The notes under the pieces: model-generated
Told to the model about the DNA's origin: nothing
The model's database searches: none
The model's input: only the letters and a program-made list of their open reading frames with translations
From: Candidatus Nanoarchaeia archaeon
Lineage (GTDB): Archaea; Nanobdellota; Nanobdellia; Pacearchaeales; GW2011-AR1
Direction: 5' to 3'
Length of the DNA stretch: 64,000 nt
NCBI GenBank assembly: GCA_041501125.1
Contig: JBGQNO010000001.1
Location: forward strand, 37,981-101,980
Made by a program: the position numbers and the translations under genes
In this document: positions 35,024-43,355 of the stretch, piece by piece
Numbering within the stretch: position 1 is the first letter of the stretch
How the letters are laid out: each line of letters opens with the position of its first letter

Positions 35024-35221
35024 ATGATTATTCCAATAAGGTGCTTTTCCTGTGGAAAACCAGTAGCGCAATTGTATGCTGAATACAAGAAACGTGTTGC
35101 CCTTGGCGAAGAACCCGGAAAAGTTCTTGATGAACTTGGCTTGAAGAGATATTGCTGCAGAACAATGTTCCTCGGACAGGCAGATTTGATAGAAGAAATC
35201 AGCCGCTTTAAAAAAGCCTGA
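35024..35221 (+). CDS. rpoN: RNA polymerase subunit Rpo10 (N)
   Basis: MIIPIRCFSCGK...RYCCR. Confidence 0.97.
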   Translation: MIIPIRCFSCGKPVAQLYAEYKKRVALGEEPGKVLDELGLKRYCCRTMFLGQADLIEEISRFKKA

Positions 35222-35279
35222 TGTTCTTCGGCTTTTTAAAGCCACAAAAATTCTTAAAATTTTTGATGTTTAAGAAGGC

Positions 35280-35606
35280 TTAAACTTTCCACTTCATCAA
35301 ATTTCTGCATTCTTGGCATTCTACATTCTTTATGCCTTTTTTGATTCCTTTTACTTTCAAATTCGGACTTAAACATTTTTTACAGAATCTTTTTCTCAGA
35401 TCTCCAAGGCGAATATTAAACTTCATCGCCATCTTTTTTATTTTCTTGATGTCAGAAATGTGGTTAAAACCACACCCTTTACGGTGCTGCATTTCTGAGC
35501 ATCCAAAACTCAAGGAGTTTTCGATATCGCTGGCAGATTTTCCATCAAGATTTTTGAAGAAATCATTAATCTTTTCCTGAACCTCTTTTCTTGTTAGCTC
35601 TGCCAT
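35280..35606 (-). CDS. RNase P protein Rpp21-like, with 25-aa in-frame insertion
   Basis: IKKMAMKFNIRL...KRFCKKC...CQEC zinc ribbon; ATG at 35606. Confidence 0.7.
   Translation of the reverse strand: MAELTRKEVQEKINDFFKNLDGKSASDIENSLSFGCSEMQHRKGCGFNHISDIKKIKKMAMKFNIRLGDLRKRFCKKCLSPNLKVKGIKKGIKNVECQECRNLMKWKV
35448..35522. repeat. 75-bp palindromic element inserted in frame in the Rpp21-like gene
   Basis: GATG-TCAGAAATG...CATTTCTGA-G-CATC stem plus AAAACTC/GAGTTTT hairpin; flanked by GATATC/GACATC. Confidence 0.65.
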
Positions 35607-35620
35607 AAAATAAAAAAAGC

Positions 35621-35731
35621 AAGACAGCTTTTTGGTTTCGCCTCTTGTGAAGACTACACCCAAAAACGTAACCAGCTTAACTTCTGTGTTCGGAAAGGGA
35701 ACAGGTGTTTCCTGGTTACTATGGCCGTCTT
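35621..35731 (-). rRNA. rrf: 5S rRNA (stand-alone, about 111 nt)
   Basis: AAGACGGCCATAG...CCCTTTCCGAACACAGAAGTTAAGC...GCTGTCTT; helix I pairs. Confidence 0.92.
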
Positions 35732-35770
35732 AACTTTAATCAATATGACTCGCTTTTAAAGTTTTCTATA

Positions 35771-35845
35771 CGCTCCCGATAGGATTTGAACCTACGATCT
35801 TCAGGTTAGGAACCTGCTGCTCTATCCAGGCTGAGCTACAGGAGC
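35771..35845 (-). tRNA. tRNA-Arg(CCT)
   Basis: GCTCCTGTAGCTCAGCCTGGATAGAGCA GCAGG TT CCT AA CCTGA...GGTTCAAATCC. Confidence 0.9.
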
Positions 35846-35884
35846 ATAATGATATGCAGAATCTGAATTTAAAAAATGTATCCT

Positions 35885-36394
35885 TTAATGCTTCCAGAAC
35901 CAGAACCCTTTTTTCTTCTTTTCTTTTGGTCTTATGTAAACTACCTGCAAATCATAAGCTTGGGCTGATTTTGCCTGTACAAGATCTGATGTTATTAATG
36001 CAGATTTTGTTTTCATTGCAATCTCTCTTATCAGCGCATCAATTTCTCCTGATTTCGCAAATTTGATTTGCTGTTCAGTTGGTCTTAACCCATAAAAGTA
36101 AATGTCAATTTGGTATTTTTTCTTCAACTTATGCAGCTCAGCAATCTCATCCAAGCCCCGAAATCCTTCTTCTCTGCCTTTATTTGCTAGGTTTTCCAGT
36201 TCTGCCATCACCGCATTTGGAACTACAATTTTTCCTCGCAATCCCTTTGAAATCAATCTTGGCAGAAATTTGTTTATAACCGCAGAAGTGTCAACAACAT
36301 AGCTTCTTTTCTCTTTAGAAAACTGAGAACTGAGCGTTCTTCTGGCATGTGTCTTTACCTGCTGGCTTACTGATTTTTTTTTGAAAATAAACAT
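35885..36394 (-). CDS. Stand-alone PIN-domain protein
   Basis: VVDTSA, AELENLAN, GEIDALIRE, LITSD; the longer ORF-track start overlaps a tRNA. Confidence 0.8.
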   Translation of the reverse strand: MFIFKKKSVSQQVKTHARRTLSSQFSKEKRSYVVDTSAVINKFLPRLISKGLRGKIVVPNAVMAELENLANKGREEGFRGLDEIAELHKLKKKYQIDIYFYGLRPTEQQIKFAKSGEIDALIREIAMKTKSALITSDLVQAKSAQAYDLQVVYIRPKEKKKKGFWFWKH

Positions 36395-36402
36395 TTTTTC
36401 CA

Positions 36403-36486
36403 TGCGGGAGATAGGATTCGAACCTACGAAGGCACTAAGCCGCAGGATCTTGAGTCCTGCCCGTTTGACCGCTCCGGAACCCCCGC
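36403..36486 (-). tRNA. tRNA-Leu(CAA)
   Basis: CAGGA CT CAA GA TCCTG, long variable arm, GGTTCGAATCC. Confidence 0.93.
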
Positions 36487-36575
36487 ATGAATATCGAACT
36501 TTAAGGCTATTTATAAATATTTCACAGAATGCTATACACAAAACTTTAAAATGCGATTATTTTAATAGTATATAA

Positions 36576-36660
36576 GCGCCGCTAGTTTACCGGTAGAATT
36601 ACTGCCTTCCATTAGTAAAGAAGTTAGCAGTGGAACTGGGTTCAATTCCCAGGTGGCGCA
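36576..36660 (+). tRNA. tRNA-Gly(TCC) with 14-nt intron (36612-36625)
   Basis: ACTGC CT TCC A [TTAGTAAAGAAGTT] A GCAGT; CTTC/GAAG central helix of the BHB; GGTTCAATTCC. Confidence 0.88.
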
Positions 36661-36679
36661 TTTTTAAAAAAGACACAAA

Positions 36680-37597
36680 ATGGAACAACAGCACGCAAAA
36701 CAGCACGAACAGCATCCCGTAGCAATACCTGAAAAGTCATGGTATGACCGATATTATAAAATCCTGATGTTCATTCCAGTTTTGATTGTAATCGCTTCAT
36801 TAGTCTATCTTGGCGTTTTCTACTCCCAGCATGGAGATATCATGCTCAAGGACTCTAGTTTGTCAGGCGGAACAACAATAACTATCTCAGGAGATGTTGA
36901 TGCATCCAAGTTAGATTCATTAAAACAGGATTTTCCAGACTTGATTGTAAGAAAGCTTTCTGATGTAAGGACAGGAAAATCAATTGCTTCTATAATTGAA
37001 AGCTCGTCTCCTCCAGAAACTCTTAAGCCTGCACTAGAAAAAACTTTGGGTTATAATTTGACAGCAGATAACTCAAGTGTAGAATTTTCAGGTCCGACAT
37101 TGAGCAAAGGATTCTATAATCAGCTTATTACAGCATTAATCATCGCATTTGTCCTTATGTCGTTCGTTATATTTATAATGTTCCGGACAGCTGTACCAAG
37201 CATTGCAGTCATCTTTGCAGCTCTTTCAGACATTATTATACCTCTTGTTATTATTGATTATCTTGGAATAAAACTATCTGCAGCAGGAATTGCAGCATTC
37301 CTAATGCTTATTGGTTATTCTGTCGATACAGATATTCTTCTTACAACCAGAGCCATAAAAAACAAAGAAGGTTTTGTAAATGAAAGAATTTTCAGAGCAT
37401 TCAAGACAGGTATACTCATGACACTGACAGCAATCGCAGCTGTTCTTCCTGCGTTTTTCATTGTCACAGGATTGCCAGATTCGTTCAGGCAAATTTTCCT
37501 TATTCTCGCTTTAGGATTATTTGCAGACATAGCAAATACATGGCTTACAAATGCAGGCATAATTAAATGGTATTGCAAAGCGAAAGGCATACAATGA
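36680..37597 (+). CDS. secF: Protein translocase subunit SecF
   Basis: LSGGT, LMLIGYSVDTDILLT, TWLTNAG. Confidence 0.93.
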   Translation: MEQQHAKQHEQHPVAIPEKSWYDRYYKILMFIPVLIVIASLVYLGVFYSQHGDIMLKDSSLSGGTTITISGDVDASKLDSLKQDFPDLIVRKLSDVRTGKSIASIIESSSPPETLKPALEKTLGYNLTADNSSVEFSGPTLSKGFYNQLITALIIAFVLMSFVIFIMFRTAVPSIAVIFAALSDIIIPLVIIDYLGIKLSAAGIAAFLMLIGYSVDTDILLTTRAIKNKEGFVNERIFRAFKTGILMTLTAIAAVLPAFFIVTGLPDSFRQIFLILALGLFADIANTWLTNAGIIKWYCKAKGIQ

Positions 37598-37718
37598 AAA
37601 ATCAAAGACTTCAAAATTCAAAGAATTTTGATAGCACTCAAAAATTTACATTTTTGATGTTTTTCAAGCATACAAATTTCCAAGATTTCCAAAAAAATGT
37701 GGAGGAAATTTTCATACA

Positions 37719-39248
37719 ATGAAAATAACACTAAGAATATGGATACTAATTATTGTACTGCTATTCGCATTCATAAGCATTGTAAATCTTAATGCATTCC
37801 AGCCAGGAGTACTGGTAAAGTCTGTTGACAAGAACTCTACTGCTTTTAATGAGGGTTTGCGAACAGGAATGATTATAACAGAAATAAATTCAGAAGCGAT
37901 AAAGAATTTAAATGATTACAGTAATGTAGTTCATAATCTTTTCTTAAATTTAAGTAACTCATCTGAAAAAATAAGACTGGACATTAAAACCGATCAAGGA
38001 GAATTTATTTTTTACACTAAAAATACGCCAGAAATTTCAGTCGTCGACATTCCAAAAACTAAAATAAAAACAGGCATGGACCTGCAGGGTGGTTCAAGGG
38101 CACTGGTAAAGCCAGAGAAATCTCTCACAGCAAATGAAATGAGTGATTTGATTGCTGTAACAAGCAACAGGCTTAATGTCTTTGGCATTTCAGATGTAAC
38201 AGTAAGGCCTGTCACTGACCTTAGTGGAAACAGCTTTATGCTGGTTGAGGTTGCAGGAGCAAGTGCAGCAGACATTAGGGAATTAGTTTCAAAGCAAGGC
38301 AAGTTTGAAGCAAAAATAGGAAATGATACTGTATTTGTTGGAGGCAAAAAAGATATTACTGATGTCTGCAGGACTGATGCTTCTTGTTCAAGGATAGAAG
38401 CATGCTACCCTGATCAGAACGGCGGTGAATACTGCAGATTCAGCTTTGTTGTATATCTAAGCGAGGCAGCTGCGCAGAGACATGCAGACATTACAAGCAA
38501 ACTTGGAATAAATATGACAGAATCCGGCAGATATCTTGACAAGAAGCTTGATTTATATCTTGATGATAATCTCGTTGATTCACTTTTCATAAGCGAAGAC
38601 CTGAAAGGACAGGTTACAACACAGATACAAGTGCAAGGTTCCGGTTCAGGTAAAACCCATGATGAAGCATTAAATGATGCGAAAGATAATATGCACAAGC
38701 TTCAGACTCTTTTGATAACTGGTAGCTTGCCTTACAAGCTTGAAATTGTAAAGCTTGATACAATCTCTCCTGCATTGGGAAAAGAATTTGCAATGAATAT
38801 AGCTTATCTGGCAATAGTTGTATTTATTATAATTTCAGCAATACTTTTTGTAAAATATAGAAAAATCAAGATAACATTATCAGTTATACTCACAATGTTT
38901 TCAGAGGCATTCATAACTCTGGGAATTGCAGCATTGATTAGATGGAATCTGGATGCACCAAGCATTGCAGGCATTATTGCAGGAATGGGCACAGGTGTAA
39001 ATGATCAGATAGTAATAGTTGATGAGTCTGTGTCAAATGTGCAACTTGGCTTAAAAGAAAGAATCAAACGCGCATTCTTCATAATCATAGGAGCATTCTT
39101 CACAATCATTGCAGCAATGCTTCCTTTATTTTGGGCTGGCGCAGGAATGCTGAGAGGATTTGCATTAACAACGATAATAGGCGTAAGTGTAGGAATAATT
39201 ATAACCAGGCCAGCATTTGCAGATATAATAAAACAAATACAGGAATAA
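37719..39248 (+). CDS. secD: Protein translocase subunit SecD with N-terminal PDZ-like domain
   Basis: GMDLQGGSR, RLNVFG, GTGVNDQIVIVDE, LRGFALTT, TRPAF. Confidence 0.92.
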   Translation: MKITLRIWILIIVLLFAFISIVNLNAFQPGVLVKSVDKNSTAFNEGLRTGMIITEINSEAIKNLNDYSNVVHNLFLNLSNSSEKIRLDIKTDQGEFIFYTKNTPEISVVDIPKTKIKTGMDLQGGSRALVKPEKSLTANEMSDLIAVTSNRLNVFGISDVTVRPVTDLSGNSFMLVEVAGASAADIRELVSKQGKFEAKIGNDTVFVGGKKDITDVCRTDASCSRIEACYPDQNGGEYCRFSFVVYLSEAAAQRHADITSKLGINMTESGRYLDKKLDLYLDDNLVDSLFISEDLKGQVTTQIQVQGSGSGKTHDEALNDAKDNMHKLQTLLITGSLPYKLEIVKLDTISPALGKEFAMNIAYLAIVVFIIISAILFVKYRKIKITLSVILTMFSEAFITLGIAALIRWNLDAPSIAGIIAGMGTGVNDQIVIVDESVSNVQLGLKERIKRAFFIIIGAFFTIIAAMLPLFWAGAGMLRGFALTTIIGVSVGIIITRPAFADIIKQIQE

Positions 39249-39258
39249 ACAAACAAAA

Positions 39259-39549
39259 ATGATAATCAAAATACTCGGATTTTTTGACATTGTCGCAGGA
39301 ATTCTTTTGTTTCTTACACCGTTTGTTTCAATTTCAAAAACTATTCTTTTAATGTTTGCATTGTACTTTGTGGTAAAAGGCGCATTCTTCCTGATAACAG
39401 GAGGAATTGGAATGTTTGCGCTAACTAACATAGGAGATATTTTTGCCGGACTGATGTTCTATCTTGCTGTTCCATTCGCTTTACCGAAAATTTTACTTGC
39501 CTTAGTCTCGCTGTTCCTGGTGCAAAAAGGAATCTTTAGTTATTTCTAA
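39259..39549 (+). CDS. Small membrane protein
   Basis: Internal duplication D..AG / KG; hydrophobic. Confidence 0.65.
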   Translation: MIIKILGFFDIVAGILLFLTPFVSISKTILLMFALYFVVKGAFFLITGGIGMFALTNIGDIFAGLMFYLAVPFALPKILLALVSLFLVQKGIFSYF

Positions 39550-39550
39550 A

Positions 39551-40033
39551 ATGCTTCCGAAATATCACATTTTGATAGGATTTATTGTATCATCAGCAAT
39601 ATTGCTAATCTGGCCAGACATTGGCTTGTTCAACATTGGAATAATTTTCTTTGTATCATTCTTTGTAGATTTTGACCATTACATTTACTTTATTTGGACT
39701 AAAAATGATTTTTCTCTCTCGCATGCATACAGATGGTTTGTTGCGATGGGCAAATTTATCAGAGGTCTTCCCCAAAACAAAAGAGAAACGTATAAGCATA
39801 CTGTATTGCTATTCCATGGCATTGAATTCTGGCTCTTTCTTTTATTGCTGTCTTTGTTCAATAAAATGATTATTTGGGTGCTTGCAGGAATTGCAATTCA
39901 TATGGTTTTTGACTTTGTCGAACTTGTAGTTCATAAAAACCCATTGTACACAAAGATATCTCAGATTTATGTTCTGATTACCAATAAAAACAAGAAACTC
40001 CTGCCTTCTACATTTAACAAGGTAATTTTATAA
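39551..40033 (+). CDS. Membrane-bound metal-dependent hydrolase (YdjM-like)
   Basis: H, DFDH, FHGIE, HMVFD. Confidence 0.7.
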   Translation: MLPKYHILIGFIVSSAILLIWPDIGLFNIGIIFFVSFFVDFDHYIYFIWTKNDFSLSHAYRWFVAMGKFIRGLPQNKRETYKHTVLLFHGIEFWLFLLLLSLFNKMIIWVLAGIAIHMVFDFVELVVHKNPLYTKISQIYVLITNKNKKLLPSTFNKVIL

Positions 40034-40055
40034 ATTAGTGTTTGCTTGACAAAAT

Positions 40056-41843
40056 ATGGCTGAAAATGAAAAGAGTTTAACTGACAGAATTGTTGATGCC
40101 TGGTTCTCAAAAGACAAAACTTTTGTTTATCTTACAATACTTCTTGTTCTTGGTCTGGTATTAAGAATTATTGCAGCTATGAACCTTGATGTTGCTGCAG
40201 ATGACATGCATTTTGCTCCTGGTGCTATCAATTTTCTTTCGTCAGGCAAGCTTGAATATTGGGACCAGTCAGCCGGACTTTGGTTTGCAGTTACTGATAT
40301 ATCCTATAAAATCCTTGGTGTGACACAACTTGCCTCGAGATTTGCACCAGTCTTGTTCGGCACGCTGCTTATATTTGTAGTATTCCTGCTTGCGAAAGAA
40401 CTATTCAAGGATAATAAAACTGCATTGATTGCATCGTTGCTTGTTGCTATCTCACCTTTCCATATAAAGAGCATGATGGCAGAGATGGATGTGATGGCAA
40501 TGTTCTTTGTTTTCCTTTCATTGTTCTTATTTTTAAGAGCATTGAACAACAATACCGATAAGAGGCTCTTGGCTCTGAGTGCGATTGCCCTTGGCCTTGC
40601 GATTTATACAAAAGTTTATCCTTTATTGTTTATTCCAGGCATGGTAATCTTCTGGTTTTATAAAAATCACAAAGAAAAAATTCAGGAAAGAGGAAGTTTC
40701 TACAAAACTCTTATTTTGTTTCTGGCAGTAATCTTTATTTTCTGTCTGCCAACTTTGACTCATAATTATCTACTTTACAAAGAAAAAGGCATAATGGACG
40801 TAAGATTTTCAGAGATACTTGGAATCAATAAAAGCTTAGATATGTACTCATGGGCAGCAGGTAGTGGAGCCAAGCCAGATTTTGCAGGATTTTTCTTAGG
40901 CAGGTCAGGAGCATATAATGGAATGCCAACTTCCCTGCTTGCTTTGTACTGGGTTTTTAATGCAGACCCGCTTGTCTTTATCCTAGGTATACTTGGTCTG
41001 ATTCTGCTCTGGAAGCGAAAAGATTTGTTGCTATTAATGGGTTTAATGTTTATATTTCCATTTGCATATCTTGCATCTCTTGTATTGCTAATTAAGCATT
41101 ATCTGTTTGTCTCACTTATTTTAACAATTCCAGCAGCAGCAACACTTGCAAGAATTTCAAAATTTGTGAGGCTAAGATACATTGCAGTAATTATAATAAT
41201 ATTCTCCTTAGTTTACTTGAGTTTTCCTAACCAGACAAATGCTCATTCGATTTACGAAAAGAGTACTATTGCCAAATTGATGGACTTTAAACAAAACATG
41301 AACCCAGAAGCTATAGTCCTGGTAGACAGCAGAGTATACAGAGGAGAGATGACATGGGCATTCAGTGATAGGCATTACCTTGAGGCCAGCTATATAAATG
41401 AATTTTTCAAAATGCAGGAAAACCAGACCAAAGTTTCAACACCTGTCTATTATATTGAGTGTGCAAGAGATGACTGTGGCTGGGGAACAGTTTACAACCA
41501 GCCAGAATTTAATGCAACAATGGAAAATATGTCAGCATACTTCAGAAGCATATCAAACAAAGTTGGAGCAATTAGTGATGCACAAGGAGAATACTTTGAT
41601 GTTTACAAAACTGAAATGAATCTTGTTCCGCAATCTGCGTCAATTGTAGATTTGACACATAATTGGTGGCTTTATCCTCTGGGCTACAATAAGCAGATTT
41701 CAACAATCTTTGATGAGTATACACCAAAGTCATTTTCAGGAATCTTGCTTAATAACATAGCCCATGCAATACTTTATTTTTCAATAGCAGCATTCCTTTC
41801 AATACTGGTTGTATTATACCTGCTAATTAAAGAATTATCCTGA
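40056..41843 (+). CDS. GT-C (ArnT/PMT-like) glycosyltransferase
   Basis: AADDMH loop, SRFAPVLFG, multiple TM helices. Confidence 0.8.
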   Translation: MAENEKSLTDRIVDAWFSKDKTFVYLTILLVLGLVLRIIAAMNLDVAADDMHFAPGAINFLSSGKLEYWDQSAGLWFAVTDISYKILGVTQLASRFAPVLFGTLLIFVVFLLAKELFKDNKTALIASLLVAISPFHIKSMMAEMDVMAMFFVFLSLFLFLRALNNNTDKRLLALSAIALGLAIYTKVYPLLFIPGMVIFWFYKNHKEKIQERGSFYKTLILFLAVIFIFCLPTLTHNYLLYKEKGIMDVRFSEILGINKSLDMYSWAAGSGAKPDFAGFFLGRSGAYNGMPTSLLALYWVFNADPLVFILGILGLILLWKRKDLLLLMGLMFIFPFAYLASLVLLIKHYLFVSLILTIPAAATLARISKFVRLRYIAVIIIIFSLVYLSFPNQTNAHSIYEKSTIAKLMDFKQNMNPEAIVLVDSRVYRGEMTWAFSDRHYLEASYINEFFKMQENQTKVSTPVYYIECARDDCGWGTVYNQPEFNATMENMSAYFRSISNKVGAISDAQGEYFDVYKTEMNLVPQSASIVDLTHNWWLYPLGYNKQISTIFDEYTPKSFSGILLNNIAHAILYFSIAAFLSILVVLYLLIKELS

Positions 41844-41852
41844 ATTTGAAAA

Positions 41853-42308
41853 ATGAACAATCAGCCACGATACTCGCTCAAGAATATAACAGACAAAAAA
41901 AACAAGAATGCTTTTGTTCAACTTATTAAATACTTTTTTACAGGCGGCATTGCAGCAGTAATTGACATAGGGTCTTTTTTATTATTCTCAATAAGTTTGC
42001 ATATTGATTACAGAATTTCAATAGTTCTTAGCTTTACCTTGGGCACATTAACTAACTTTTTCATATGCAATGCTTTTGTTTTTGAACGGAAAAGCCTGTC
42101 ACTATTCGCAGCAGCATACAGGCATTACCTATCGAGCCTTGGCGGACTGGTAACCAATGAGATAGTTATGATGTTTCTTATTGAACTTTTGAATTTCAGC
42201 AATCTGCTTATCGCAAAATTAATAGCTACTGCAGCAGCATTCATGGTTAATTTTTTGTTGATTAAATTTTATGCATTTAACAGCAAGATTAAAATACTCC
42301 AAAACTAG
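41853..42308 (+). CDS. GtrA-family flippase-like protein
   Basis: KYFFTGGIAAVID, NF...FVF, AKLIA. Confidence 0.85.
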   Translation: MNNQPRYSLKNITDKKNKNAFVQLIKYFFTGGIAAVIDIGSFLLFSISLHIDYRISIVLSFTLGTLTNFFICNAFVFERKSLSLFAAAYRHYLSSLGGLVTNEIVMMFLIELLNFSNLLIAKLIATAAAFMVNFLLIKFYAFNSKIKILQN

Positions 42309-42317
42309 CGTTTTCCC

Positions 42318-43355
42318 ATGGAAAAAGTTCTGGTTACCGGCGGAGCCGGATTTTTTGGAGAGCTGCTGAAAAAAGAATTGCTTGAGAAAGGATTCTTTGT
42401 AGTAAGCATCGACTTGGAGAAAGACAGTTGCAAACATAAAAAACTTGTTGCAGTGCAAGGAGATATAAGAGACAAACAGCAACTAGAAAATCTATTCTCA
42501 AGGTATAAATTCAATGCCATTTTTCATATTGCAGCAATTCTTGCCCACTCTGTAAAAGATATTAATTTTTTATGGACTTCTAATGTGGATGGAACAAGAA
42601 ACATTGCCGAGTTTGCCAGGAAATATAAGGTTCCAAAAGTTGTTTTTACATCTTCTAATTGTTTATGGGCTAAGAATTTTCACAGGCCTGTAAAAGAAGA
42701 GGACATTCCAGAGCCAGTAGAAATTTATGGTAAGTCAAAGCTCGAAGGTGAAAAAATACTTCTTAGCTATAAAAAATATTTTAATGCAGTTATAATAAGA
42801 TGCCCTACAATAATTGATGAAGGCAGACTGGGTTTGCTCGCAATTCTTTTTGATTTTATAGATGAAGGCAGGAAAGTCTGGATTGTTGGCAAGGGAGACA
42901 ACAAGTACCAGTTTATTTATGCAAAAGACTTAATTGATGCCTGCATAAGAGCATTAAGGTATAACAAGTCTGATATTTTTAACATCGGCTCTGATAATGT
43001 TAAAACTTTTAAGGAAGTTTATGAGCATGTTATAAAAAAGGCAGATACAGGCGCAAGAACATTTCCATTGCCAAAAGGGTTGGTGATATTTTTAATGAAG
43101 CTTGCACATAAATTAAAAATCTCTCCGCTTGGCCCGTATCATTACAAGATGATTGCAGAGGATTTTGTTTTTGATACTAGTAAAATAAAAAACAAGCTTG
43201 GATGGAAACCAACACTAACAAATGAAGAAATGTTGTGGAAAGCATATCAGTATTATCACCAAAATAAAGCCGAGATACTCGCAAGAAAAGATGTTTCTGC
43301 TCATAAAAAAGCAGCAAGTATGGGTGTCATTAAGCTGGTAAAGTGGCTTTCTTAA
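42318..43355 (+). CDS. NAD-dependent epimerase/dehydratase
   Basis: TGGAGFFG, SS, YGKSK. Confidence 0.9.
   Translation: MEKVLVTGGAGFFGELLKKELLEKGFFVVSIDLEKDSCKHKKLVAVQGDIRDKQQLENLFSRYKFNAIFHIAAILAHSVKDINFLWTSNVDGTRNIAEFARKYKVPKVVFTSSNCLWAKNFHRPVKEEDIPEPVEIYGKSKLEGEKILLSYKKYFNAVIIRCPTIIDEGRLGLLAILFDFIDEGRKVWIVGKGDNKYQFIYAKDLIDACIRALRYNKSDIFNIGSDNVKTFKEVYEHVIKKADTGARTFPLPKGLVIFLMKLAHKLKISPLGPYHYKMIAEDFVFDTSKIKNKLGWKPTLTNEEMLWKAYQYYHQNKAEILARKDVSAHKKAASMGVIKLVKWLS

Noticed and set aside
35699..35710. GAACAGGTGTTT box matching the gene B repeats
   Set aside because: Lies within the conserved 5S rRNA sequence; most likely coincidental.
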